DNA of 64,000 nt from an uncultured beta proteobacterium. Its GTDB lineage: Bacteria; Pseudomonadota; Gammaproteobacteria; Burkholderiales; SG8-39. Below are positions 1-8,777 of the stretch, in pieces (position 1 is the first letter of the stretch; each line of letters begins with the position of its first letter). Both the position numbers and the translations under genes were made by a program. The stretch covers positions 3,177-67,176 of the forward strand of contig CAIOLO010000107.1 in assembly GCA_903859155.1 (NCBI GenBank). The letters run 5' to 3'. The notes beneath the pieces are model-generated. The model ran no database searches, was not told the origin of the DNA, and was given only the letters and a program-made list of their open reading frames with translations.

Positions 1-138
1 GTCCCGCCGAGGGCCTGGCCGGAGAGGTTTTTTATATCGTTGGCGTAGAGGGCAGCACACTCAGGATATCCAAGGTCCGTCCCGCGTAAGCGGGGGGGGC
101 ACGATCGCATCCATCCGGATTTTTCAGCGGGAGGCAAT

Positions 139-1137
139 ATGTTCGCCAAGCTAATCGGTGTTTTGATTATGAGCGTCGCCATTGGCGCTATCGACGAAAC
201 GCGCGCCTTTGCGGTACCTTTTTTCATCATCGCGCTCGCGGTCGTGTTCGTCATCGAAGGCGTGAGAGTGGTGCCTCAGCAAAACGCCTGGATCGTCGAG
301 CGCCTGGGCAAGTACCACGAGATTCTGGAGCCCGGCCTGAACGTGATCATTCCGTTTATCGACCGCGTGGCCTACCGTCACTCCCTGAAGGAGGTGCCGC
401 TGGACATTCCCGAACAGACCTGTATCACGCGCGACAACACCCAGCTGGCGGTCGATGGCGTGCTGTATTTTCAGGTGACCGACCCGCGCCTGGCTTCCTA
501 TGGCTCGGAGAACTACATCAATGCCATAAGCCAGCTTGCGCAGACCACGCTGCGCTCCGAGATCGGCAAGATGGAACTCGACAAGAGCTTCGAGAGTCGC
601 GAGGAGATGAACCACAAGGTGGTCTCGGTGCTGGACGAGGCCGGCCGCTCCTGGGGTATCAAGGTGCTGCGCTATGAAATCAAGAGCATCACGCCGCCGC
701 AATCCATCCTGCACGCCATGGAAAAGCAAATCACCGCGGAACGCGAAAAGCGTGCGGTGATCGCCAAGTCCGAGGGCGAGCGCCAGCAGGACATCAACAT
801 TGCCGAGGGCAAGAAGCAGTCGGACATCCTGAAGTCCGAAGGTGAAAAGACCGCGCGCATCAACAAGGCGCAGGGGGACTCCACGGCGATCCGCCTGATT
901 GCCGATGCCAACGCAGCGGCGGTCGTCGCCGTGGCCGAGGCCCTGTCAAAAGAGGGCGGGCAGCAAGCGGCCAACCTCAAGGTGGCCGAGGCCTACGTCA
1001 ACGCCTTTTCCTTCCTGGCAAAAACCAACAACACCATGATCGTGCCCTCGAACCTTGCCGATGTGTCCTCTATCCTCGCCACCGCGATGACGGTGCTCGA
1101 CAAATCGCGTCCGGACGGCATCGCGGTGAAGACCTGA
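139..1137 (+). CDS. SPFH/band-7 (stomatin/prohibitin-like) membrane protein
   Basis: 332-aa ORF with an N-terminal hydrophobic anchor. It then shows VPQQNAWIVERLGKYHEILEPGLNVIIPFIDR and a Glu/Lys/Ala-rich tail (AEREKRA..AEGKKQ), the usual SPFH layout. A GGGAGG lies just upstream of the ATG. Confidence 0.85.
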   Translation: MFAKLIGVLIMSVAIGAIDETRAFAVPFFIIALAVVFVIEGVRVVPQQNAWIVERLGKYHEILEPGLNVIIPFIDRVAYRHSLKEVPLDIPEQTCITRDNTQLAVDGVLYFQVTDPRLASYGSENYINAISQLAQTTLRSEIGKMELDKSFESREEMNHKVVSVLDEAGRSWGIKVLRYEIKSITPPQSILHAMEKQITAEREKRAVIAKSEGERQQDINIAEGKKQSDILKSEGEKTARINKAQGDSTAIRLIADANAAAVVAVAEALSKEGGQQAANLKVAEAYVNAFSFLAKTNNTMIVPSNLADVSSILATAMTVLDKSRPDGIAVKT

Positions 1138-1471
1138 CCGGCAGCCAGCCATGCAAAGAGATGATGTCGGCGGGGCGATTTTCGGCCGCTGCGTCGATGA
1201 CCGCCTCGCGCATGGCATGGAGTTCATCTTCGGCAGGTCGATCTGTACCTGTACCTGCGGCGACTTGGCGAGGTTGCTGGAGGCGGGCATTGAGGGAAGA
1301 ATCCCCCATCCCTGACACGCCGGTTCTTGAATACTGGAATGCAAACGCCTCAAGCCGTAGAATGAGCGCTCCCCGCGGGCTGGGGGCAACCGGGACAAGC
1401 CAATTGAGGAGGGAGATTCGCCATCCGGGCGGCTCCAAATCTGAATCGAAGCAGGGGATGGAAAAAATAAC

Positions 1472-1906
1472 ATGGGATCGATACATCTTTTTCGCGATTT
1501 GCCTGAAATCAAGACGTACGCCGCAGGCGAGTACATCTTCCGCAAGGGGGAACAAGGGTCGGCGATGTACATGGTTATCGAAGGCGACATCGAACTGGTG
1601 GTCGGCAGGCTGGTCGTGGAAACGGCGCGTCCCGGCGCTTTCATCGGCGAGATGGCGTTGATCGATGACGCAACGCGCAGCGCCTCGGCACGCGCCAAAA
1701 ACGACGCGCGCGTGTTCCCGATCGATGAGGTGCGGTTTCAGTCGCTGGTGAAGGAGAACCCCTCGTTCGCCCTGGATGTCATGAAGGCGCTGGCGCTGAG
1801 GCTGCGGCGCACCAACGAGAAGGTCGCCTCCCGGCATGCCGCCCCGGTGCGCCGGCGCGTCGCCTCGCCAGCGCCGGTCAAACGCAAGACGCGGCGCGCG
1901 CGCTGA
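1472..1906 (+). CDS. cyclic-nucleotide-binding (Crp-type cNMP) domain protein without HTH
   Basis: AAGEYIFRKGEQGSAMYMVIEGDIELVV ... FIGEMALID ... RSASARA fits the cNMP-binding beta-barrel pattern. At 144 aa there is no DNA-binding domain, and the C-terminal tail is basic. Confidence 0.75.
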   Translation: MGSIHLFRDLPEIKTYAAGEYIFRKGEQGSAMYMVIEGDIELVVGRLVVETARPGAFIGEMALIDDATRSASARAKNDARVFPIDEVRFQSLVKENPSFALDVMKALALRLRRTNEKVASRHAAPVRRRVASPAPVKRKTRRAR

Positions 1907-2030
1907 GCCGGCCGCGGCGCTCCGCGATGACGGCTGGTCGAGGGCGGATGCGCCCCGGTACACCCGGGTAAAGCGAGTTGAAGTTGACCTGCCCCCACCG
2001 ATAAACGATTATTCAAAACTGAAATATTCC

Positions 2031-2699
2031 ATGAGTTCACAATCAATGCCGCCCAACATCAAGAGCAAAGTTGATGACACTGCGCTGGTTGCGCGCCGGC
2101 GCAGCCAGGTTCTGGCCGCGGCCATCGAACTGTTCGGCAAGCGCGGTTACCACCCGACCACCGTGCGCGAGATTGCCGAGCACGCCGGCCTGAGCACCGG
2201 CCTTGTCTATCAATATTTCGGTGACAAGGAGGACGTGCTCTACCTGGGATTGCAGACCGTGCTTGATTCCTACCGGGAGCGAATTCCGGCGGCAACCGAG
2301 GGCATCGCCGATCCGCTGGAGCGCTTCCGCGCGGCAGTGCACGCCTATTGCCGTGTCATCGACGCCAACATCGACGCCACCGTACTTGCTTACCGGGAGA
2401 CAAAATCGGTAAGCCCCAAGCGCCGCGGCGTCATCATGCAGAAAGAGGTCGAAACCAACGCGCTGATCGAGGCGGAGGTGCGCTCATGCGTCAAGGCGGG
2501 ACTGTTCGAGAAGACCGACGTGGGCCTGCTCACGTATCTGATTGTGATGTTCGCGCATGCCTGGGCGCTCAAGGCGTGGCATTTCCAGGGCCAGATGTCC
2601 GTGGAACAATATACGGACCGCAACCTGGCGCTGCTGCTCAATCCGGTATTGACCGAACGCGGACGGCGCGAGAACGTTAGGCTCGCCGCCGCCCGCTGA
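2031..2699 (+). CDS. TetR/AcrR family transcriptional regulator
   Basis: I trimmed the start to the internal ATG (MSSQSMPP..) of ORF 1836..2699. The N-terminal HTH is RRSQVLAAAIELFGKRGYHPTTVREIAEHAGLSTGLVYQYF. The upstream part of the track ORF is Arg/Ala-rich GC noise. Confidence 0.85.
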   Translation: MSSQSMPPNIKSKVDDTALVARRRSQVLAAAIELFGKRGYHPTTVREIAEHAGLSTGLVYQYFGDKEDVLYLGLQTVLDSYRERIPAATEGIADPLERFRAAVHAYCRVIDANIDATVLAYRETKSVSPKRRGVIMQKEVETNALIEAEVRSCVKAGLFEKTDVGLLTYLIVMFAHAWALKAWHFQGQMSVEQYTDRNLALLLNPVLTERGRRENVRLAAAR

Positions 2700-2754
2700 T
2701 CTGCGGTCCTGCTGCTCCCGGCTTTAATCCGGCCGGGCGCATTCCTTCAAGGTC

Positions 2755-3609
2755 TCAGTTTCCTTCAAACACCGGCTTTTGTTTTGCCGCAAAGGCGCGA
2801 TAGGCCCTGCCGAAATCGAGTGTCTGCATGCAGATGGACTGGGCCTGGGCTTCGGCTTCGATGGCATCGTCGATGCCCATGGCCCACTCTTGATGCAGGC
2901 AGCTCTTGGTCATCGCATGGGCGAACGTCGGGCCGTCGGCGATCGAGCGTGCCAGAGCCTGGGCTTCGCTGAGCAGGGTGTCGGAGGCGCACAGCTTGTT
3001 GAAGAATCCCCAGTTTTGCGCTTCCGTGCCATCGATGGCGCGGCCGGTGTACAGGAGTTCAGACGCCCGGCCCGAGCCGATGATGCGCGGCAGCATGTTG
3101 CAGGCGCCCATGTCCGCGCCGGCGAGCCCGACGCGCACGAAGAGGAACGCCACCTTGCTGGTTGCCGTGCCGTAGCGCAGATCCGAGGCCATGGCGACGA
3201 TCGCTCCGGCTCCGGCGCATATGCCGTCGACCGCGGCAATGATAGGCTGCGGACATTTGCGCATCGCCTTTACCAGGTCGCCGGTCATGCGGCAGAAAGC
3301 GAGCAAACCGCCCATGTCGCCTTCTTCCTGGAGCTTGACCAGCGGGCCGATGATCTCGTGCACATCGCCACCCGAGCAGAAATTGCCGCCCGCGCCGTTC
3401 ACCACGATGGTTTTCACGTTGTCGGCGTAGGTCAGATTGCGGAATGTGTCGCGCAGCTCGGCGTACGACTCGAAGGTCAGCGGATTCTTGCGCTCGGGCC
3501 GGTTGAGCGTAATGGTGGCAACCTTGCCGTCGAGTCGCCAGCCGAAATGCTTGGGTTCGAAACGGGTGAAGTCGACATTGGCGGGGGCGAACAGGTCTTG
3601 CGTCTTCAT
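2755..3609 (-). CDS. enoyl-CoA hydratase/isomerase (crotonase) family protein
   Basis: 284 aa. Carries [24 protein letters not shown] and [22 protein letters not shown], the crotonase oxyanion-hole motifs. Confidence 0.85.
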   Translation of the reverse strand: MKTQDLFAPANVDFTRFEPKHFGWRLDGKVATITLNRPERKNPLTFESYAELRDTFRNLTYADNVKTIVVNGAGGNFCSGGDVHEIIGPLVKLQEEGDMGGLLAFCRMTGDLVKAMRKCPQPIIAAVDGICAGAGAIVAMASDLRYGTATSKVAFLFVRVGLAGADMGACNMLPRIIGSGRASELLYTGRAIDGTEAQNWGFFNKLCASDTLLSEAQALARSIADGPTFAHAMTKSCLHQEWAMGIDDAIEAEAQAQSICMQTLDFGRAYRAFAAKQKPVFEGN

Positions 3610-3673
3610 GGGGTGATCCTCTCTAGCATTGGTGAATGGGTGGGTGGCTATGCGGGCATGGCGTGTGCGGGCA

Positions 3674-4420
3674 TCAGCCGACCATGGTCAGGCCGCCGCT
3701 GACGCTCAGCACCTGTCCGGTGACGAAGTTGGAGCCCGATCCGGAGAAGAACAGGATGGCCTCGGCCACTTCCTCGGGTTTGCCGAGGCGCCGGAACGGG
3801 ATGGCCTTCACGATTGCCTCGTGAACTTTTTCCGGCACCGCCGCCATCAGCGGCGTGTCGGTAGGACCAGGGCAGACGCAGTTGACATTGACGTTGAAGC
3901 GCGCGCCTTCGCGGGCAAGCCCTTTGGTAAACGCAATCAATCCGCCTTTGGCGGCCGAATACACCGTCTCGCCAAGGCTGCCGACACGGCCGGCGTCGCT
4001 GGAGACGTTGACGATCTTGCCACCGCCAGCGTCGTACATGGGCTGGATCAGCGCGCGCGTCAGGCGAATCGGCCCCATAAGGTTGATGGCCATCAACTTG
4101 TCCCAGAATTCCGGGGTGTTCTTGACAAAGGGCTCGGTGCGGCCCCAGCCGGCCACGTTGACCAGGATGTCGACACGGCCGGTTGATTTCAGGGCCTGCT
4201 CGGCGAACCGGGCGATGGATGCGACATCGGTGACGTCGAGCGCAAGGAATTCCGCCTTGTGGCCCGCCGCCTTGATTTCGCTGGCAACGGCTGCGCCCGC
4301 CTGTTCATTGATGTCGGCGACGAAAACATGTGCGCCGTTGGCCGCAAGCAGTTTTGCGGTTGCTTTGCCGATACCCGAGGCGCTGCCGGTGACTACCGCT
4401 GTCTTGTTTTCCAGATTCAT
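3674..4420 (-). CDS. short-chain dehydrogenase/reductase, BadH/FabG-like
   Basis: 248 aa. Has the [10 protein letters not shown] Rossmann motif, NVSS and the catalytic YSAAKGG (YxxxK). Its start is 3 nt from the stop of the upstream crotonase gene. Confidence 0.85.
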   Translation of the reverse strand: MNLENKTAVVTGSASGIGKATAKLLAANGAHVFVADINEQAGAAVASEIKAAGHKAEFLALDVTDVASIARFAEQALKSTGRVDILVNVAGWGRTEPFVKNTPEFWDKLMAINLMGPIRLTRALIQPMYDAGGGKIVNVSSDAGRVGSLGETVYSAAKGGLIAFTKGLAREGARFNVNVNCVCPGPTDTPLMAAVPEKVHEAIVKAIPFRRLGKPEEVAEAILFFSGSGSNFVTGQVLSVSGGLTMVG

Positions 4421-4422
4421 GA

Positions 4423-5205
4423 TTACTCCTTGTCAATGTTTTTGGGCCGCGCGGCGCCCGCGAGAAAAGCCGCTACGCGCTCGCGCGTGGCGGCGTTGCC
4501 ATAAAGCTGCCGCGAGGCGGCGAGCTCTTCGGTGTATCCGTCGCGCGACGGATCGTGTGCTGCCTTGATGCAGGATTTGCAGGCGGCCAGTGCCGCCGCC
4601 GGCAAAGCGGCGATTCCCGCGGCGATTTGTGCCGCCCGCGCGGCCAGTTCGGATCCCGGTGCCGACCACTGGACCAGGCCGAGCGCCTGGGCGGTCGCGC
4701 CGTTGGCCATCTCGCAGGTGAGGATCATGCGGGAAGCGATGGCCGTGCCGGCCAGTCTGGTCATGCGCTGCGTGCCGCCCGCGCCGGGGATCAGGCCCAG
4801 GCGTGCCTCGGGCAGACCCAGGTTCGCCTCGGACGCGGCGATGCGCAGGTCACAGGCCAGCGCTAGTTCCATTCCTCCGCCCAGGGCGGCGCCGCCGATC
4901 TCGGCAAGCGTCACCTGCGGCAGGGCTTCGATGCGCGCGAAAAGTTTTTGCATGGCCTCGGCCGCGCCGACCATCGCATCGACGCCGTCCGCCGCGTTGA
5001 AACGACCGCGCATTTCCGCCAGGTCCGCGCCGGCACAAAAAACCTTCTGACTGCTTCTGATATGCAGCACGTGCCAGTCCTCGCGGCCGGCGAGTTCGTC
5101 GAGCACACGCCCGAAAGCCACCAGCCAGTCCGCATTGATGGCATTGACCGGCGCCCTGTCCAGAGTCAGGCAGGCGACCCGGTTAGTGCACTCAAGTTTC
5201 AGCAT
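4423..5205 (-). CDS. enoyl-CoA hydratase/isomerase (crotonase) family protein
   Basis: I trimmed the start to the ATG (MLKLECTNRVACLTLDRAPVNAI) of ORF 4423..5241, whose first codon is TTG. Carries FCAGADL and GGAALGGGMELALACDLR motifs. Confidence 0.8.
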   Translation of the reverse strand: MLKLECTNRVACLTLDRAPVNAINADWLVAFGRVLDELAGREDWHVLHIRSSQKVFCAGADLAEMRGRFNAADGVDAMVGAAEAMQKLFARIEALPQVTLAEIGGAALGGGMELALACDLRIAASEANLGLPEARLGLIPGAGGTQRMTRLAGTAIASRMILTCEMANGATAQALGLVQWSAPGSELAARAAQIAAGIAALPAAALAACKSCIKAAHDPSRDGYTEELAASRQLYGNAATRERVAAFLAGAARPKNIDKE

Positions 5206-5261
5206 CGCGGTCTCGCTTTCTGGTGGATTTGCACACCGCAATCGACTAGCATTTCATCGAT

Positions 5262-5401
5262 TGAACGAACGTTCATTCACTAATTATTTCAGAACCGCCC
5301 AGCGCTGTCAAGCCTATGCTTTTTTTGCCTAAAACAGCATATTAAACACCCTATTGACATCCGGTTTGAATAAGTGTTCAATGCTTTGAACGGGTATTCA
5401 A
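5262..5401. promoter_or_regulatory. divergent promoter region with operator-like dyads
   Basis: TGAACGAACGTTCA lies at 5262-5275. Alternating TTGAA/TTCAA half-sites start at about 5366, 5377, 5386 and 5397, roughly one helical turn apart. TTGACA at 5354-5359 is followed 17 nt later by TTCAAT at 5377-5382. Confidence 0.45.
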
Positions 5402-5404
5402 CTG

Positions 5405-6646
5405 GTGGCAAAATTGGATAAATCGCAGCAGTCGATGGCAAAAAATGCGCTCGGCTCGCGAAGGGTCGGCGCGGTGCAAGGAGCCGAGGCGCTCGCCTGG
5501 CCATTTTTCGCCGATACCCACCGGCAGTTGGCCTTGCGTGCGGCCCAGTGGGCGGGCGAAGCCCTGGGAGAATGGACCCATGACGCCGACGCCGACGGCG
5601 TGTGCCGCCGCTTGGTGCGCGAAATGGGTGCCGCAGGCTGGCTTGCCTATGCCGTCCCCGGCGAGGATGTCGGAGCGCTGGACCTGCGCTCGATCTGCCT
5701 GCTGCGCGAATGTTTCGCTTTTCATGGGGGATTGGCGGATTTCGCCTTCGCGATGCAGGGCCTTGGCAGCGGCGCGATTTCGCTGGCCGGTAATGCCGTT
5801 TTGAAGGCGAATTACCTGCCACGTGTTGCGCGTGGCGAGGCGATTGCCGCGTTTGCGCTCTCCGAGCCCGAGTCCGGCTCGGATGTCGGAGCCATGGCGA
5901 CCACCGCCCGGCGCGAGGGCGACAGCTATGTCCTGGACGGCGTCAAGACCTGGATCTCCAATGGCGGCATAGCGGATTTTTACGTGCTTTTCGCCCGAAC
6001 CGGCGAAGCCGCCGGCACCCGCGGCCTGTCTGCGTTCGTGGTGGACGCCGACACGCCCGGCATCAACGCCGACGAGCGCATCGACATCATCGCGCCACAC
6101 CCGATGGCAACGCTGCGCCTGTCCGGGTGTCGCGTGCCGGCCGACAGGATGCTCGGTTCCCCGGGCGAGGGGTTCAAGGTCGCCATGCGCACGCTGGACG
6201 TGTTTCGCACCAGCGTGGGCGCGGCCGCACTCGGCTTCGCGCGCCGTGCCCTGCGCGAAGCGATCGGCTACGCGCGCACGCGGCACATGTTCGGTCAGGT
6301 GCTGGCAGACTTCCAGATGACCCAGGCCAAACTGGCCGACATGGCCACCGCCGTCGACGCGGCCGCGCTGCTGGTCTATCGCGCGGCCTGGACCCGCGAT
6401 ACCACGGGAAAAGCCATCACGCGCGAGGCCGCGATGGGCAAGATGTACGCGACGGAATCGGCACAACAGGTTATCGACTCCGCCGTGCAGATGTTCGGCG
6501 GACTCGGGGTGGTGAGCGGGCATCCGGTGGAACGCCTGTACCGCGAAATCCGGGCATTGCGGATCTACGAAGGCGCGACCGAAGTGCAAAAGCTGATCAT
6601 CGCCCGGCAACTGCTGTCCGCAGCCGAGGCAGACGACAAGCCATGA
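5405..6646 (+). CDS. acyl-CoA dehydrogenase
   Basis: 413 aa. Carries [21 protein letters not shown] and [14 protein letters not shown], which are ACAD signatures. The start is GTG at 5405, with an alternative ATG at 5435. The stop overlaps the ligase start (ATGA). Confidence 0.9.
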   Translation: MAKLDKSQQSMAKNALGSRRVGAVQGAEALAWPFFADTHRQLALRAAQWAGEALGEWTHDADADGVCRRLVREMGAAGWLAYAVPGEDVGALDLRSICLLRECFAFHGGLADFAFAMQGLGSGAISLAGNAVLKANYLPRVARGEAIAAFALSEPESGSDVGAMATTARREGDSYVLDGVKTWISNGGIADFYVLFARTGEAAGTRGLSAFVVDADTPGINADERIDIIAPHPMATLRLSGCRVPADRMLGSPGEGFKVAMRTLDVFRTSVGAAALGFARRALREAIGYARTRHMFGQVLADFQMTQAKLADMATAVDAAALLVYRAAWTRDTTGKAITREAAMGKMYATESAQQVIDSAVQMFGGLGVVSGHPVERLYREIRALRIYEGATEVQKLIIARQLLSAAEADDKP

Positions 6647-8319
6647 GTTACACCGCGCATACCGACACTTTCACCCGCGACCACCTGCCGCCGCGCGAGC
6701 AGTGGCCGGAACTGATTTTCGAGGCGCCCGAGTTGCGTTCGCCGCCGCGCGTCAATTGCGCCGAAGTTCTGCTTGACCGGCATGTCACCGAAGGACGCGG
6801 CGAGCGCGTGGCCATCCATACGCGCACGGGATCGTGGACCTATCGTCAATTGTTCGAGCAGGCCAACCGCATCGCCCGCGTGCTGGTCGAGGATATGGGG
6901 CTGGTGCCGGGAAACAGGGTGCTTCTGCCCGCGCCCAATGGCCCGATGCTCGCGGCGTGCCTGTTCGCAGTGCTCAAGGCTGGCGGTGTCGCCGTACCCA
7001 CCATGCCGTTGCTGCGCGCGCGTGAACTGGCGCAGGTGGTGCGCAAGGCGCGCATCACGCACGCCCTGTGCGACCGGCGCCTCACCATGGAAGTCGAAGG
7101 CGCCCGCGACGGCTGCCCCGAACTGACGCAGATTGCATATTTCGGGGACGACGAATCGGATTCGATCGAGCAGCGATCGAGCCGCAAACCGGGCGATTTC
7201 AGCAACGTGCCGACGGCCGAGGACGACGTGGCGCTGATCGCATTTACCTCGGGCACCAGCGGCGTTCCCAAGGGAACGATGCATTTTCATCGCGACCTGC
7301 TGGCCGTGTGTCATTGCTTTCCCAAGCATGTGCTGGATGCGCGAGCCGACGATATCGTCGCCGGGACGCCGCCGCTCGCCTTTACCTACGGGTTCAGCGG
7401 CATGTTCCTGTTTCCCGCGCATCAGGGGGCGGCCACGGTGTTGATCGAACAGTACACGCCGGAGTCGCTGCTCGAGACCGTGCAGCGACTGGGGGTCACC
7501 GTGTTGTATACGGCGCCCACCATGTACCGGGCCATGACCGCCCTTGCCGCAGGCTACGACCTGTCCAGCCTGAGGGCCTGCGTATCCGCGGGCGAGGCAC
7601 TCCCGGTAACCACGCGCAGCGCCTGGGAGGACGCCACCGGGCTGAGGATTGTCGACGGCATAGGCGCTTCGGAAATGAGCTTCATATTCATTGCCGCCGC
7701 GGGCGAGGCCATTCGCCCCGGTGCGACCGGCAAGCCCATTCCCGGTTATCGCGCCACGGTGCTGGATAACGAGGGCCATCCGGTGCCCCCTGGCACGGTG
7801 GGCCGGCTGGCGGTCAAGGGGCCGACCGGTTGCCGCTACCTCGCCGATGAGCGGCAGCTGGATTATGTGCAGGACGGCTGGAATGTCACTGGAGATGCCT
7901 ACCTGATGGACGCTGACGGATATTTTTTCTATCAGGCACGCGTCGATGACATGATCATCTCCGCGGGCTACAACATTGCCGGTCCGGAAGTGGAGAACGC
8001 GCTGTTGTCGCACCCGGCGGTGGCCGAATGCGGCGTCGTGTCCTGGCCCGACGAGCATCGCGGCCAGATCGCCAAGGCGTTTGTCGTGCTCAAGCTCGGC
8101 TATAGCGAGGATGAAGGCCTTGCGGCGGAACTGCAGGAGCATGTCAAGCGCCACATCGCACCATACAAATATCCGCGCGCCATCGAATTCGTGCATTCGC
8201 TGCCGCGTACCGAAACCGGAAAGCTGCAGCGCTTCAGGCTGCGCCAGGCTCAGGCAGGCGCACCGGTCAACGAGGGCGGGGCGCCGCAGCCCACCTCCTG
8301 GACGGGAGTACCCCGATGA
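6643..8319 (+). CDS. aromatic acid-CoA ligase (AMP-forming; 2-aminobenzoate/4-hydroxybenzoate-CoA ligase-like)
   Basis: I trimmed the start to the ATG at 6643 ([23 protein letters not shown]) inside ORF 6127..8319. Carries [11 protein letters not shown], the [27 protein letters not shown] hinge and [10 protein letters not shown]. The substrate is not determinable from sequence alone. Confidence 0.8.
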   Translation: MSYTAHTDTFTRDHLPPREQWPELIFEAPELRSPPRVNCAEVLLDRHVTEGRGERVAIHTRTGSWTYRQLFEQANRIARVLVEDMGLVPGNRVLLPAPNGPMLAACLFAVLKAGGVAVPTMPLLRARELAQVVRKARITHALCDRRLTMEVEGARDGCPELTQIAYFGDDESDSIEQRSSRKPGDFSNVPTAEDDVALIAFTSGTSGVPKGTMHFHRDLLAVCHCFPKHVLDARADDIVAGTPPLAFTYGFSGMFLFPAHQGAATVLIEQYTPESLLETVQRLGVTVLYTAPTMYRAMTALAAGYDLSSLRACVSAGEALPVTTRSAWEDATGLRIVDGIGASEMSFIFIAAAGEAIRPGATGKPIPGYRATVLDNEGHPVPPGTVGRLAVKGPTGCRYLADERQLDYVQDGWNVTGDAYLMDADGYFFYQARVDDMIISAGYNIAGPEVENALLSHPAVAECGVVSWPDEHRGQIAKAFVVLKLGYSEDEGLAAELQEHVKRHIAPYKYPRAIEFVHSLPRTETGKLQRFRLRQAQAGAPVNEGGAPQPTSWTGVPR

Positions 8320-8777
8320 AACGACTTGTTTCGCTTTGGCTCAACGGGAAGCGCCGCGAGGATGCGGTAGCTGATAACCTGTTGTTGATCGACTATGTTC
8401 GCGAGACCGCCGCTCTGACCGGCACCAAGTGCGGTTGCGACGGCGGCGAATGCGGCGCCTGCACCGTGCTGATCGACGGCGAGCCGCGACTGGCCTGCAT
8501 GACGCTCACGGCGACTTGCGATGGCAAGCGCGTCGAGACCATCGAAGGGCTTGCCGTAGGCGGCACGCTCTCTTCGCTGCAGCAGGCATTCCACGAAAAA
8601 CTCGGCACCCAGTGCGGTTTCTGCACGCCGGGGATGATCATGGCGGCTGAAGCGCTGTTGCGGCGCAACGCCAGTCCGAGCGAAGAAACCATCCGTGAGG
8701 CGCTTTCCGGAAATCTTTGCCGCTGTACGGGCTACGTAAAAATCATCGAGTCGGTAAAGGCAGCGTGCGAGCCATGA
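8316..8777 (+). CDS. hcrC: [2Fe-2S]-binding small subunit of a xanthine-dehydrogenase-family reductase (4-hydroxybenzoyl-CoA reductase gamma-like)
   Basis: 153 aa. Carries GCDGGECGACTVLIDG, CGFCTPGMIM and CRCTGY, i.e. two [2Fe-2S] motifs. The ATGA overlaps the ligase stop. Confidence 0.75.
   Translation: MKRLVSLWLNGKRREDAVADNLLLIDYVRETAALTGTKCGCDGGECGACTVLIDGEPRLACMTLTATCDGKRVETIEGLAVGGTLSSLQQAFHEKLGTQCGFCTPGMIMAAEALLRRNASPSEETIREALSGNLCRCTGYVKIIESVKAACEP

Noticed and set aside
1138-1471. A 334-bp gap after the SPFH gene, with ORF 1161..1661(+) and long minus-strand ORFs (946..1698, 1070..1963).
   Set aside because: The products are low-complexity, overlap the well-supported cNMP-domain gene, and have no RBS or motif support. 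The gap is left unannotated.
6127-6642. N-terminal extensions in the ORF track for the ligase (6127), hcrA (8717), the HADH (28043), the SDR (27615), korA (24045) and the Bug genes.
   Set aside because: The extensions overlap the 3' ends of upstream genes in another frame and are Arg-rich. Internal starts coincide with stop-start overlaps, RBSs or signal peptides.
5378-8196. Long antisense ORFs 5378..6610(-) of 410 aa and 6565..8196(-) of 543 aa, opposite the ACAD and ligase genes.
   Set aside because: Their products are Arg/Ala/Gly/His-rich with low complexity and no recognisable family. They fully shadow genes with clear family signatures. Such ORFs are typical artefacts of high G+C third-position bias.
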